The notes: generated from the sequence alone by a model not told the origin. DNA of 64,000 bases from Candidatus Latescibacterota bacterium (GCA_965205655.1 CBDBIJ010000022.1:1-64000), one strand, 5' to 3'. Shown: positions 19,283 through 31,263, counted from the first letter of the stretch. Translations and numbers: made by a program.

Positions 19283-21358
19283 CTAGTCGCGGCTCGATCG
19301 AGGGCCGACATCTGACACATCGATCGGCTCGAAACCCAGCGCCCAGGCCGGAGAGTCGCTTTCGAGAGTGAAGTCGAACTTCGAGAGATCCCGGCACTTC
19401 GGATCGGCGATCAACGAGTGCAGATCGTAGCCCAGCGCCTGCCAGCCGGCCATGTCGTAGTCTGCCTGTGGCAGGCCATGGGGTGCGCTGCCACAGAGCA
19501 GCGGCGTCCCGGACACATCCCAGAACAGGTTCAGGTCAGTCTCGATGACCTTGTCCTCCACCTTCCACCTTCGTCCCCCAGTGTAGAACGGTACCCCATC
19601 AGTTAATAAAATATTGCGTTGGAAGGTGAACGCATTGTGGCTCTCACCCCGTGACAGTCTGGCCTGCGCTTCGCGGCCGAAGGCGAAGATGTTGTTGCGA
19701 ATGATGTTCTCCCTGCCGTAGTGCTGAACGAAGGCCTGGCTGCTGCAGTTGTATCTGATGTTGTTTTCGACGATCACGTGCGACGTCCCCTCGTCCAGGA
19801 AGATGCCCCAGCCGCCGTAGACGGCCTTCTCCACGTCGTGGATGACATTTCCCCTGACCACCGTCCCCGGCTGCACCCCCAGGATGTAGATACCTCCCAT
19901 ATCGCTGAGCAGACTGTGGCCGATGTCGTGGATCAGGTTCTTCTCGATGAGGTTGTCCTTGGCGATGTGGACGCCGTAGCCCCAGCTCCAGCCGCAGTTG
20001 ATGCCGCTGTAAAAGAAATCGTGGATGTGGTTGTGGGCGATCACCGTGCCAAAACAGTCCATGCAGTGCACACCTAGAGCGGCGTGGAACACGTGACCGC
20101 CGTCGCCGATGTGGTTGTCGGTGATGCGATTGGCGCCCGTGCGTCGAGGTACCGGCACGTCTGAATTTGGATAGCCCCGTGACTCGGCCTTGATGCCGCC
20201 GGCCCCCAGATCGAGGATCGTGTTGCCGACGATGTGGTTGCCGCAGCTTCCGGCCGTCAGCTCGACGCCGTACCAGCCTATGTGCTGTATGGAACAACCC
20301 TCGACGCTGCAGTAGCGAGCTCCCGAAAGGGAGACTGCCCCGGGGACATGGCATGCTCCCTGGGGGGCGCTGCCGTAATCCAGCTCGGGGCGGTAGTGGG
20401 GGACCCAGCGTTCGCCGCCGCCCTTGGGGAGTGTGCATTCCGTGTGCTCGAATCCCAGGCCGACGAAGTGCAGGTGCTCGACGTACTTCTCACTGTCAGG
20501 ATCCCCTTCGAGCCGGAGCAGCTGCTCGATGGCGGGCGCGAATGCCTCGACGTCTTCCAGCTTTTCGCCGGGCAGTGGGATGTAGGTCAGCTCGCCGCTT
20601 GACCGGTCGAGGTACCACTCGCCCGGCTCACTCAGAGCTTCCCCGACGTTTTCCACGTAGTACCGCGGCGCTGTCCCGTCCGAGGCGTCGCCCGGATCGA
20701 GCGGAAAGATGCAGTAGCGCGACGACTCCACCAGACCGGTGCCCGGATCGAAGTTGGAGATCGGCAGGCGTTCCTCGACCCATCGGTGCATGGCCACGAC
20801 ATCGACGTCGGTGATGTTGTCCCAGGGTTGGACATCCCCTTCGCGGCAGATGAAGTTGCCTTCGCCACCCCAGTAGTCGGGGGCGAAACTGTGTGTCGGG
20901 GGCACGCCTTTGATCGTGTAGAGCCCCTCTTTGGGCAGCCGCGGCCGGCGGCAGCGGTGGCCGTTGACGAACAGCTGACGGAAATACCAGCGGCCCGCCT
21001 CCACATCCGGCACCGAGGTAACCCACACGGCTCTGCCGTCACGGCTCTCCTCGCGCCAACCACCGATGGCCTCGCCGCCGTCCAGAATGGGGCGCTCCCC
21101 GGGATAGGCGCGGTAGGTCGTGGGCCAGGAATCGGCGGGCGTGAAGGTTATCGTCTTTTTGACTGGATAGCGGCCGCCGCGCAGCAACACCGTCACTTCG
21201 CCTTTGAGGTCGCCCGTCTCCTTGCGTTCGCGCAGGATCTCCTGTGCCGCGGCGATGGTAGCCAGGGGACCATCGGTGCCGTCGGCGCTTGGCTTTGCGA
21301 GACATCCCGACCAGCTGTCGTCGCCGTCAGGCGATATGTAGAGGTCCGCAGTCTCCAA
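19283..21358 (-). CDS. Right-handed parallel beta-helix protein (GH141-like)
   Basis: YISPDGDDSWSG, GPLATI, LRGGRY, PGEWYLD, IAHNHIHD, DMGGIY, WGIFLDEG, IIRNNIFA. Confidence 0.85.
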   Translation of the reverse strand: METADLYISPDGDDSWSGCLAKPSADGTDGPLATIAAAQEILRERKETGDLKGEVTVLLRGGRYPVKKTITFTPADSWPTTYRAYPGERPILDGGEAIGGWREESRDGRAVWVTSVPDVEAGRWYFRQLFVNGHRCRRPRLPKEGLYTIKGVPPTHSFAPDYWGGEGNFICREGDVQPWDNITDVDVVAMHRWVEERLPISNFDPGTGLVESSRYCIFPLDPGDASDGTAPRYYVENVGEALSEPGEWYLDRSSGELTYIPLPGEKLEDVEAFAPAIEQLLRLEGDPDSEKYVEHLHFVGLGFEHTECTLPKGGGERWVPHYRPELDYGSAPQGACHVPGAVSLSGARYCSVEGCSIQHIGWYGVELTAGSCGNHIVGNTILDLGAGGIKAESRGYPNSDVPVPRRTGANRITDNHIGDGGHVFHAALGVHCMDCFGTVIAHNHIHDFFYSGINCGWSWGYGVHIAKDNLIEKNLIHDIGHSLLSDMGGIYILGVQPGTVVRGNVIHDVEKAVYGGWGIFLDEGTSHVIVENNIRYNCSSQAFVQHYGRENIIRNNIFAFGREAQARLSRGESHNAFTFQRNILLTDGVPFYTGGRRWKVEDKVIETDLNLFWDVSGTPLLCGSAPHGLPQADYDMAGWQALGYDLHSLIADPKCRDLSKFDFTLESDSPAWALGFEPIDVSDVGPRSSRD

Positions 21359-21376
21359 ATTCGAATCTCAAGCCCG

Positions 21377-22120
21377 TCAACTACCTGCCCTGAAAATTGC
21401 CAGCAACGGAACGCCGCGGCCGTCGGTTCCAGTGGACGCTTCCACGTAGGAGAACGCGAAGGCGCGACGGGCCTGTGACGTCGTGTTCATGCCCGAACGA
21501 TGCGCCACCTTGTTGTGCAGCAGGATGCCCTCTCCAGGTTCGGCTATGAGGTGTATGATCTCCTCCGGGACCTCATCATCCTCCGGCCACATGTCTCCAT
21601 CTGAAAATTGGCTGCCCTTCGCCAGCTGCATGCAGCCGTTGGCCTCCGTTGCCTCATCGAGGGCAGTCCAGATGTTGACCATTTCGTGCCCTTTGTGATC
21701 GCCATCTCGATGCCAGGGCAGGTGGGTGCCCCGATTTGCGGGCTTGTTGAACAGCATGGCGCGGTAGGTCGACACATCGTCGCCGATCATATGGCGGGTG
21801 ATGGAGCGGAATATGGCATGCCGCAGGAAACTCATGAACAGCGGATCCAGATGCATGTCGTCAATCCTGCGGTATGCCAGCGTCGACGTTTCATGACCGA
21901 CCGATTTACGCTGGCGGTCATCGTAGCGGCCGGACTCGCTGTCGAGCTCGAAGCGCATGCCCTCGTAGCGGACCTTGCCGAGCATGATGTCGTCGGCTCG
22001 CTGCCGCAGCTCCTGCACATCATCGTCGGACAGCAGTTTCCCCAACCTCAGGTAACCCTGCCCACAGAGGTGGTCAAACTCCTTCTGTTCGAATTGCGGA
22101 AGCGACTCAGTTGTTGTCAT
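21377..22120 (-). CDS. Phytanoyl-CoA dioxygenase (PhyH) family protein
   Basis: QGYL, FNKP, PWHRD, WTALDEATEANGCMQ, HRSGMN. Confidence 0.9.
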   Translation of the reverse strand: MTTTESLPQFEQKEFDHLCGQGYLRLGKLLSDDDVQELRQRADDIMLGKVRYEGMRFELDSESGRYDDRQRKSVGHETSTLAYRRIDDMHLDPLFMSFLRHAIFRSITRHMIGDDVSTYRAMLFNKPANRGTHLPWHRDGDHKGHEMVNIWTALDEATEANGCMQLAKGSQFSDGDMWPEDDEVPEEIIHLIAEPGEGILLHNKVAHRSGMNTTSQARRAFAFSYVEASTGTDGRGVPLLAIFRAGS

Positions 22121-22337
22121 CAATCCTTTATCCTTGCATCTCGAACGCCATGATTGCCATAGATCGTTCAACGACCGGAGGTGTATCGTAACGAAAATGC
22201 CAGGCCCCGTCTACGGGACATATTCAAGGCGGCCTTGTTTGGCAGCTTCTGTGCTCTAACTTCTCAGCGGCTCGTGATGGAGCTGTCGCGTCCCGGTTCA
22301 CGGTATCCTGCCACCAACTCAACAGAGAGGTAACATC

Positions 22338-23762
22338 TTGGTAGACGAAGAGCTGGCTTTCGCCTCGGCGACCGATCTATTGGAGCTGGTCTCGACAAAG
22401 CAGGTTTCCCCTGTCGAGCTGGCGGAGCTGTACTTCGGTCGCATCGAGCGATTCAACCCGCAGCTGAATGCCTTTCTGTCGCTGAACCGAGACGAGGCGA
22501 TGACTACAGCCAGATCCGCAGAGCAGGCAGCTCTGCGGGGCGATGACCTGGGGCCGCTCCACGGACTGCCCATGTCGATAAAGGAAACGCAGATGGCGGC
22601 TGGGCTTAGCGCCACGTCGGGCTCGGTGGTGTTTGAGGATCGGGTCGCTGAGAGAGATTCCGCTGTGGTGGAGAGGCTGCGTGGTGCGGGAGCCATCATC
22701 CTGGGCAAGACGAATCTGTCGGAGTTCGGCTTCGTCGGTACCTGTGAGAACAGCCTCGGCGAGCCTGGCCGCAATCCCTGGAATACTGAGTGCACACCGG
22801 GAGGATCCAGTGCCGGTGCGGCCGCGGGGCTGGCCGCGGGTCTCTGTCCCCTGGCCTCCGGCAGCGATGGCGGAGGGTCCATTCGTATCCCCGCCCACTT
22901 CTGCGGCGTATACGGCATCAAGCCCACGCAGGGTCGAGTATCCGGCTACTCTGGAGAAGATGGACCGCGGATGCCGAACATGTTCGGGCAGAACGGACCA
23001 CTCAGCCGCACCGTGGGCGACGCGGCTCTGCTGCTCCAGATTCTCGCCGGCCACGATCCCAGAGACCCGACGACGCTGCGGGAGCCGCCACCCAACCTGG
23101 TCGGGGCGCTCGATCGGGAGATCGCAGGTCTGCGCATCGCCTGGAGCCCGGACTTCGGGTTTGCAGCGGTTGACCCCGAAGTGTTGGAGGTGACCTCCAA
23201 TGCCGCACGGGTTTTCGAGGAGCTGGGTTGTGAGGTGGAGGAATCAGACCTTGTGATGGATGAGCCCTACGACACCTTCGGTCCTATCATCACGGCTGAT
23301 GCCTACACCAGTCTCGGGGCACACCTGGAGTCCCATGGAGACCAGCTGACCGCCTACGCCAGGTTCCATCTCGAAAAAGGAGCGCAGGCTACCACTGCCG
23401 ATTACGCCAGGGCCCTCGGTCAGGTCGATCTCTTGAAAGCCCGCATGACCGATCTGTTTGAGCAATTCGACCTCCTCCTTTCCCCGACCGCATGTTTCCC
23501 CGCTTTTCCGTATGGTGAATTCCCCGGCGAGATGTCGGGCAGATCATCCTATCCCGACCAGTACTGGAACGGAGCCTTCACCTTTCCGATCAACGTGATC
23601 GGACATGCTGCCGCCAGCATACCGGCGGGTTTCTCTCCCGATGGTTTGCCCATCGGCCTTCAGATCGCCGGTAGAAAAGGTGACGAGGAGACGGTCGTAG
23701 CGGCGTCGGCCGCCTTCGAGCGCGCCAGGCCCTGGGCTGCGCGCAGACCTCCTGTGTCCTGA
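22338..23762 (+). CDS. Amidase-signature family enzyme
   Basis: GPLHGLPMSIKE, GKTN, PGGSSAG, GSDGGGSIRIPA (Ser-cisSer-Lys triad). Confidence 0.95.
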   Translation: MVDEELAFASATDLLELVSTKQVSPVELAELYFGRIERFNPQLNAFLSLNRDEAMTTARSAEQAALRGDDLGPLHGLPMSIKETQMAAGLSATSGSVVFEDRVAERDSAVVERLRGAGAIILGKTNLSEFGFVGTCENSLGEPGRNPWNTECTPGGSSAGAAAGLAAGLCPLASGSDGGGSIRIPAHFCGVYGIKPTQGRVSGYSGEDGPRMPNMFGQNGPLSRTVGDAALLLQILAGHDPRDPTTLREPPPNLVGALDREIAGLRIAWSPDFGFAAVDPEVLEVTSNAARVFEELGCEVEESDLVMDEPYDTFGPIITADAYTSLGAHLESHGDQLTAYARFHLEKGAQATTADYARALGQVDLLKARMTDLFEQFDLLLSPTACFPAFPYGEFPGEMSGRSSYPDQYWNGAFTFPINVIGHAAASIPAGFSPDGLPIGLQIAGRKGDEETVVAASAAFERARPWAARRPPVS

Positions 23763-23787
23763 CCCGCGCGCTTGACGACCATCCACC

Positions 23788-24910
23788 TCACCTCGAGCTC
23801 CGCGCCGCCTCGATCGCCCACGACGAGATCCGCTCACCCTCAACGACTGCGAACTCCCGCGCCAGATTCGCCACTGTGCACGAGTGATTCGGAATGATCC
23901 GGACCTTCGAACCCACGTCCAGATCAAAGTCGGTTCGCACGACCTTGCCGTGCTCTTCCGACAATCCCTCCACCGAAAGATGGTGCTCAGGGCTCAGGTA
24001 GCGATCTTCGGGATAGGCCACTCCAAAGCCCCGCGTGCCGACCATCCCGTGCACTCCCGCATCCGATGTCAGCGTCTTGGAGCCGGCGTCGGTGATGAAG
24101 TAGTCCGCGTTCTTGCTGATCACCGTCGCCATGACCGTGAGAGCCACATCCTGCTCTGAGACCACCCCCACGCCAATCGGAAGCAGATCGAGGAAGACGT
24201 AGTTCCCCGGCCTGATCTCCGTTATTCCCTCGAAGCTCGTGGCCGCCAGCACCGTCGGTGTCGAGCCCACCGACACCTCCGGCACCGCGATCCCTGCTTC
24301 CGCGAGTGTGTCGGCGCACCCCAATCATGGTCCGGCGCTCGGCCTCAGCGACCTCGCCCGCCTCATCGCGCGATCCGGCGGCATACGCTTGCCCCGCATG
24401 TGAGAGTATTCCCCGGAATTCGAGTTTGTCGGACTGTCCGACCTTCTGAGCGAGCTCGACCGCCTGCGGGCTGTCGGGGTCGACGCCGCAGCGCCGCAGA
24501 CCAACGTCGACCTTGACGAACACGCCCAACGCCGCGTTTGCTCTGGAAACCGCCTCCGAGGCGATCTCCACGCCCGGTTCGGAATCCGCGACGACTCGCA
24601 GATCCACTCCTGGCTGCGAGTGCGCAAACAAGCGGTCGAATTTACCCGCGGACAGAATCGGCCGCGAAATGGTGATCGATTCGAAACCATTGTCGAGGAA
24701 GACGAGCGCTTCATCGACCGTCGCCACCGTCAGACCACATGCTCCGAGCGCAATCTGGCGCCTTCCGATTTCGACTGATTTGTGGGTCTTTGCGTGAGGA
24801 CGCAGTGTCACGCCATTGTCATCAGCACGACGCTGCATCGATTGCAGGTTCAACTCCAACTTTGCTAGATCGATCAATACCGCCGGCGTCTCAATAGTTG
24901 ATGCAGTCAT
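23788..24910 (-). CDS. D-threonine aldolase / D-serine dehydratase-like PLP enzyme (frameshift near 24320)
   Basis: TPAVLIDL, RPHAKTHKS, RCGV, GSTPT, EIRPGNYVFLD, DAGSK, LSEEHG, PNHSC. The shift is in a G run. Confidence 0.9.
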
Positions 24911-25359
24911 TTTCTTCCGCTGGTTTCAGGTTGGGAGCTACAGCTCATCGACGCTATTTATCGACGGCTACTTGCATGTGCACGGCGCAAAACCTTTCTC
25001 CTTGGGACCGTACTCTATCTTGATCTTCCTGTGTAGTATCGCCTCCTGAGACCTGGGCACTCCCTTGCTGGTTGTTCCCGATGCACTGATGGTCATGTCA
25101 GTCCTTTTGGGAATCCACCACTTCTTCGTCGTCATGCGTGCGTACTGAGTCTCGCCTGCGGCGATCATTCGATACTGCCGCATATCCGCTTTCCATAGCA
25201 ATTTGAGAAACCCCGACAGAGCTTTGCCTCGGAGCCCATTGATCTCGTCGCAGATGATGCGGTCGTCGTATTCGAGCAATCGATAGGAAATGACCCGTTG
25301 ATTGATCACTTCCAGCTTCGGGTCGGAGAGGGTGTCCTCGTAAGAGAAGCTCTCATCTA

Positions 25360-26537
25360 GTGTATTGTCGTACAAATAACTTGTACTAATACATGTTGTG
25401 TGGTTAAGTTTCATCCAGACCTATTCCACAAACAAGGAACGGAGGAAACTCATGCCACGCGGACGCTTTCTTCCACCTCTCGAAATGACGGGGCAAACTC
25501 GGCAGCAATTGGAATCAATGGCCAAATCTCGATCCCTGCCGCACGGTTTGGTGCGACGCGCCGAGATCGTGTTGCTGGCCGCCGAGGGATGGCCCAACAA
25601 GGCCATCGGCGAAGCTGTGGGGCTGTCACAAGTGACCGTCGGCAAGTGGCGTCGTCGCTTCGTGGAAAACGGCCTCAACGGGTTGTACGACGAGCTGCGA
25701 CCCGGTGCGCCCCGATCGATCTCGGACGAACAAGTGGCCGAGGTGGTATACAAGACACTGAAGACCAAGCCGGAGGACAAAACCCAGTGGACGGTGCGCT
25801 CCATGGGCGAGGAGACCGGCCTGACCAAGGACGCGGTCCATCGCATCTGGCGCACATTCGGCTTACAGCCGCACCGGACCCAGAATTTCAAGCTGTCCAC
25901 TGATCCTTTCTTCGTGGATAAGGTGCGCGATGTTGTGGGCTTGTATCTCAACCCGCCCGACCATGCCGTCGTCCTGTGCGTTGACGAGAAGAGCCAAGTG
26001 CAGGCTCTGGAGCGCAGTCAGCCGTTGCTGCCGCTGGGCCTGGGCTACGCGGAGGGCGTCACCCACGACTACAAGCGACACGGCACCACAACGCTGTTTG
26101 CCGCTCTGGATGTGGCCACCGGTGAAGTCCTGACTCAGTGCAAGCCTCGTCATCGCCATCAGGAGTTTTTGCAGTTCCTACGCCATATCGACGCGAACGT
26201 GCCTGCGGATCTGGACGTTCACTTGATCGTCGACAACTACGGCACCCACAAGTACGCCAGCGTCAAGAAGTGGTTGGCCAGCCGGCCCCGATTCCACCTC
26301 CACTTTACTCCGACCTACGCCTCGTGGCTCAACCAGGTCGAGATCTGGTTCAACATCATCACGCGGCGAGCCATCCGGCGTGGCTCATTCCGCAAGGTCA
26401 AAGAGCTCATTCAGAGGATCGAGCGCTACACCGACAAATGGAACGCCAACGCCCATCCCTTTGGGTGGACGGCCACGGCCGACTCGATCCTTGCCAAGGT
26501 CAAACGACTATGTCAATGTATTTCTGCGACAGCACAC
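25360..26537 (+). mobile_element. IS630-family insertion sequence
   Basis: Ends CTAGTGTATTGTCGTACAAATA and reverse-complement CTAGTGTGCTGTCGCAGAAATA; TA duplication within a CTAG target (25358-59, 26538-39). Confidence 0.93.
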
Positions 26538-26540
26538 TAG
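25452..26540 (+). CDS. IS630-family transposase (intact)
   Basis: [38 protein letters not shown]. Confidence 0.95.
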   Translation: MPRGRFLPPLEMTGQTRQQLESMAKSRSLPHGLVRRAEIVLLAAEGWPNKAIGEAVGLSQVTVGKWRRRFVENGLNGLYDELRPGAPRSISDEQVAEVVYKTLKTKPEDKTQWTVRSMGEETGLTKDAVHRIWRTFGLQPHRTQNFKLSTDPFFVDKVRDVVGLYLNPPDHAVVLCVDEKSQVQALERSQPLLPLGLGYAEGVTHDYKRHGTTTLFAALDVATGEVLTQCKPRHRHQEFLQFLRHIDANVPADLDVHLIVDNYGTHKYASVKKWLASRPRFHLHFTPTYASWLNQVEIWFNIITRRAIRRGSFRKVKELIQRIERYTDKWNANAHPFGWTATADSILAKVKRLCQCISATAH

Positions 26541-27004
26541 CTCGGGCGGCCAGCACATGCTGACGTTGGCGGCCAGTTTCGGCACGCCACCGTGTTTAAC
26601 TTTCTTGATGATGTGCGGACCGTACTCAACAAATATATCCTGCCGATATCGATGCGCGAGCTCGATATACTCGGGAATCGCCCTGTCCTGGCAATTGACT
26701 AGCTTGAAGACTTCATACCAATCCTTGTGGGAGATCGATAAACGGACCGGCTCAGCCGACTCCTCCCGATGCTCGATCCCGCCGGCCTTCAGTAGGTTAA
26801 TGATGACATCGGCGTGGTATCGAATGCCGTTCGTAGTCGCCGTTGGATCGTAGGCCGAACTCGCGGCCTTTTCCATCGCTGTGACGAGGCTGTTCCCGCT
26901 GACCGTGTGAAAGGAGGTCTCAGTGTGATGATCGGCGAACGCCGACGAGACGCCGTAGATCCCCGGCATCAGAAGCGGCATCAGGATGATACTGCTGCCT
27001 GCGA

Positions 27005-28022
27005 CTAGATTCGGAACCACTTGCTCGCCTTCTCTGCGACTGCTTCTACTGTTCCGAACAGGTTGGCGATCAGGATCACGAGGTACTTCAGATTGGCGCC
27101 GAGGCCGTACGGCCATGTGCGCATCCTGTGGAGCTGCTCTCGGATATTGGTCTGGAAGTCGTAGTCCTCACGTAACTCCTTGCGCTTATCGGGATCGATC
27201 TTATCGTCCTCCAGTCGGGTACGGAGTTTGCCCAGCGATCCTTGCAACTCTATGTCCTGCTCCATCTTGTATTGCCTCAGGCTCTTGTTGATCGGAATAG
27301 CCGGTAACGAACAAGGCGATCAGCGACATCAGATACGGAAAGGCGATCCAGACGCACTTGAGCAGAATAACCCACCACTCTTCCGGTCGCGTCCATTCCA
27401 TCTTCAGGATGTAGAAGGAGATCATCACTCCCACGATGAGCGTCACTGAACTGAAGACCACGAGCGCCTCACCGAGGAACAGCGTTCCGCCACAGCGATC
27501 AGGGGAGGTGAAATCGAAGCGATTCATCTTTCGCGAAAACGCACTAATCGCCACCGAGACCCCGAGGATTCCCCACGCTGCCATCCCGCACACGAACCCG
27601 GCCAGGAAATACCCGCTGAGAAGCGTCAGCACGGCCGGAGTCTCGCTGTAGGGGAGGCCGAATGCAAATCCGAACCCGCAGTTGAGGACCCCGAAAAACA
27701 CCCCGGCCAGACGGAAGTTCAGGTCCGAAAGGATTCGCTGGAGCGGTGACATATACACGGCGTTGCTCTCAGGTGAGAGCCACCTGTCCATCTCGGGGAT
27801 TATCGACTGCAGCACATGTGTTGCCTAGTAGAGAGTGAGCATCGCTGTGGCGATCAGGAGACTGAGAAACCAGCTCCAGTCATCGAATGCCTTTTCCCCT
27901 ACGCTGCGATAATGCGCAGCCAGAAAGGCGAGACCGAGGACGGCGGAAACCAGGGTCTTTGTGAGACTGCTGCTCAGATACGGAAGTGAAAGTTTTACGA
28001 AGAACGGTTCAAAGGGCTTCAT
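27005..28022 (-). CDS. Polytopic membrane hypothetical protein (in-frame TAG 27825-27827, frameshift near 27300)
   Basis: ORFs 27825-28022, 27201-27815 and 27005-27265 tile one protein with several transmembrane helices, PDRCGGT and a C-terminal MRTWPY. Confidence 0.65.
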
Positions 28023-28043
28023 GTCTGCTCTCCCGGTTTCCGT

Positions 28044-29922
28044 TTACTCTTCGCGAACGGCTCGCATCAGGCTCACCATCCATACCAACGGCGCCAAAGC
28101 CACCAGCGCCATGGCCCAGCGCAGACCGACGAAATCGGCTGCCGATCCGAAAGCGACGGGACCTACAATCGCGCCGAGCAGTCCGATGCTGTTCAACATG
28201 CCAAACATGGCGCTCCCCGCATTCGGAAAGCGATCTCCGGCGTGAGCGTTCACCGAGGGATAGATGCCCGATACGGCGAACCCGAGCACGGATAGCCACA
28301 GCACGACGAAGATCGGATTGTCCTGCCACGCCGCCATCGGCGAGCTGATCGTGCACGCGAGCCCGGTGACGATGAAGACGGTCCTCAGCCCAAACCGGCG
28401 CACCGCCAGCGGCATCGACAACCGGCTCACTGCCATTACTGCCGCGAACGCCGTGAGCCCCACCGCACCCTGCGACCGGCTGCTGCCGATTTCCACCTCC
28501 AGGTAGTACGGCAGCCAGCTGGCTGCGGTGACCTCCGTGATGGAGCAGAAGAACAAGCTCACTGCGAGGAGCTGAAAATCCCGGTTGCGAGCCACTCTCC
28601 AGAAGGACAGTCGCTCGCCTGCGTCTTCTGACCTTGCCGCCCTCGGTCCGGGCAGAAACCTCAGCATCGCAGCCGGACTGTACAGCAACACCATGCCGGC
28701 AAACATTGCGAAGAGAGTCCGCCATCCGATACCCAGCTCCAAAACGCCAAGTGTGAACAGCACGAAGGCGACCATGCTGATATACCAGCTCGAATGGTAC
28801 AGGTTGACGATTCTGACACGATTCTCCGTGTAGAGGCTGCACATCAGCGCCGTCATCGGCTGGCGTCATCATCCCGCGACCCAGGCCCGTTACCGCTCCG
28901 CCCACCAGGGCGTCCAGCTGATCGGACGCCATGGCGACAGCCGCTAGCCCTGCCGCTTGCAACAGCGAGCTGAGCAGTACTTGGAGCCGATAGCCCAGTC
29001 GATCTCCCCACTAATCTAATCATAGGAGATGTTGCACATGGCTCAAATGGGACGACCAGGATTGTCCGCGTCACAGAAGTCGGAGGTATGGCGTCGATGG
29101 AAGAGCGGCCAGTCGCATAGCGATATTGGTCGGGCGCTCGGGAAGCATCCGGCGTCGATTCATGGTGTCATCACCGCCAATGGGGGCATCGTACCAATGC
29201 CGCGTCGACGCTCTCGATGGGCTCTTGGCTGGGAAGAGCGTGAAGAGATCTCTCGAGGTATCGCTGCGGGAAAATCGATACGAATAATTGCGGCCGCTGT
29301 TGAGCGTGCACCCTCGACGGTTAGCCGAGAGATTGCCCGCAATGGCGGGCGGCAAAGGTACCGAGCAAACGTCGCCGACCAAGCAGCCTGGACGCGCGCC
29401 AGCCGGCCGAAATGCTGCCGACTCGCATCCAATCTTCGTTTGCGGCGAGTCGTGGCGGACAAGCTACGCCTGAAGTGGTCACCTGAGCAGATATCGGGAT
29501 GGCTGAAGCGGGAGTATGCGCTTTTAGGAAATATGCAGATATCCCACGAAACGATCTATCGAACTCTCTTCATCCAGGCACGCGGGGCACTCAACAAGGA
29601 CCTCATTGCGCATCTGCGGACGCGAAGGATGATGCGGCGATCCAAGAAGGCAAGCACACGCGATCAGCCGAGAGGCCGGATCGTCGACGCCGTATCCATC
29701 CACCAACCATCCGGAAGCAAGGCTCGTCAGTGCCGAGCTCCAGACCGGGGAGCTGAGGAAAAGCCCCTTCATCAGCTCTGTCCTCATGCCCAGATCGGTA
29801 GCGATGACATTGAGGCATGACGCTGCCCCCAATATCGTCGTGCTGGCCGCTGCCATGGAGTAGCATGCGATCGCCAGGACGATCCGCCGCGACCGATCCG
29901 AGGTGAGCGACGTTTGTGGCAC
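28044..29922 (-). pseudogene. MFS transporter interrupted by an IS30 fragment
   Basis: MFS motif A is split: ...SGWLVD before and DRLGYR after the insert. C-half in ORF 28044-28856 has GSAADFVGLR. Additional shift near 28860. Confidence 0.85.
29003..29700 (+). mobile_element. Internal fragment of the same IS30 (5' part of the transposase, no inverted repeats)
   Basis: Near-identical to the reverse complement of 10209-10906. Begins just inside the position of the left inverted repeat and stops at VDAVSI, before the DDE domain. Confidence 0.9.
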
Positions 29923-30007
29923 TACCCTTGTCTCCTTTCGCGAGAGGGCAGATAATACCCCTCGTCGCCAGCACCCACAACCATATTCCCGTGACCGAGC
30001 TGAGTCT

Positions 30008-31249
30008 ATGAACGGCAACACAGTCGAGGTGCCTATCGACGCATGGGGAGAGGACGGCACGCGCGACCTCACCTTTCCGAGCGACTGGACCATCATCCGT
30101 TGCATCATGAGGGGCCACGACACGCCCGGAATGAGCGATGAGGAGGTTCGCAAGGCCCTTTCGGCGCCCCTCGGCACGCCTCGGTTGTCTGAGGTGGCGA
30201 ACGGTCGGGAGCGTGTCGTCATCCTCTTCGATGACCTCACGCGTCCCGCACCCGTCTCTCGGGTCGCGCCGCTCGTCCTCGAAGAGCTGCAGCACGGCGG
30301 GATTCGCGACGACCAGATCCGTTTCGTCGCCGCCCTCGGTTCCCATCACGCGATGACGCGAGCAGACTTCGCAAAGAAACTCGGCGACGATATCGTCGAG
30401 AGATACCCGGTTTACAACCACAACGTCTACGACAACCTGGTCCCTGTAGGCGAGACGAGCTTCGGTACTCGAGTGCTCATCAACCGCGAAGTGGCGTCGT
30501 GCGATCTGAAGGTCGGCATCGGCGGGGTCATCTCATACCATGGCAAGGGTGTCTACAACGGCGGCGGCAAAATCATCCTGCCGGGCGTCTCCGGTGTTGA
30601 AACGATTCACGATTTTCACATTGCCGCCCACGAGCGTGCGCGGGAGCGGCCGCCAGATCCCGGCGCCGAGGGAATACCACAATACCGAGTCAACATCGAA
30701 GAGGCGGCCCGCCTGGCCGGCCTCGACATGAAAGTCGACCTCGTGCTCGGCAACCGCAGACAGGTGGTGGGTGTCTTCGCAGGCGATTTCGTTCAGACCC
30801 ACCGGCGCGCATCGGCTCTGGCAAAGGAGATCTATTCCACCACTGTGGCGCCACCCTCGGATGTCGTCGTACTGAATTCGTACCCACAGGAAGACCAGCC
30901 GACGAAAGCCCTGTGGCTTGCGGTGCAGTCAGTCAAACCAGGTGGTGACCTCGTGATCCTCTCTCACAGCGCCAACGGACTCTCCCACCCCCACTACATG
31001 TTCGGCCGCTTCGGCACCGAATTCGGTGGACGCGGCTGGACCCCCCGTCGGCACTTCCAGGCCGGCGAGGCAGGACGTGTGATCTTCTGCTCACCCTATC
31101 TCACCAAGTTCGACCGGGACTCCTTTCACGGGGACAATGTCTTCTTCGTTAAGACCTGGGGTGAGGTCCGGGCAATGCTGGAGAGAGAGCGAACGACCCC
31201 TGCCTCCGTGGCCGTCTACCCATATGCCAGCATTCAGATGGTGGCGTAG
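30008..31249 (+). CDS. Lactate racemase (LarA)-like nickel-pincer-dependent racemase/epimerase
   Basis: DDLTRP, ALGSH, YNHN, INREV, SYH...GGGKIILPGVSG...FH, VKPGG. Confidence 0.85.
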   Translation: MNGNTVEVPIDAWGEDGTRDLTFPSDWTIIRCIMRGHDTPGMSDEEVRKALSAPLGTPRLSEVANGRERVVILFDDLTRPAPVSRVAPLVLEELQHGGIRDDQIRFVAALGSHHAMTRADFAKKLGDDIVERYPVYNHNVYDNLVPVGETSFGTRVLINREVASCDLKVGIGGVISYHGKGVYNGGGKIILPGVSGVETIHDFHIAAHERARERPPDPGAEGIPQYRVNIEEAARLAGLDMKVDLVLGNRRQVVGVFAGDFVQTHRRASALAKEIYSTTVAPPSDVVVLNSYPQEDQPTKALWLAVQSVKPGGDLVILSHSANGLSHPHYMFGRFGTEFGGRGWTPRRHFQAGEAGRVIFCSPYLTKFDRDSFHGDNVFFVKTWGEVRAMLERERTTPASVAVYPYASIQMVA

Positions 31250-31263
31250 CGGGATTACAGACT

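Larger units (their letters stand above)
24968..27020 (-). pseudogene. Probably secreted hypothetical protein interrupted by IS630
   Basis: Removing the IS restores ...[18 protein letters not shown]... in frame. N-terminus is signal-peptide-like (SSAFAD). Confidence 0.75.

Noticed and set aside
22338..23762. gatA assignment for the amidase
   Set aside because: No gatB/gatC neighbours and no GatA-specific segments recognised; left as a generic amidase.
29701..29820. C-terminal extension of ORF 29029-29820 as a novel transposase domain
   Set aside because: It is read-through into the antisense of the MFS gene.
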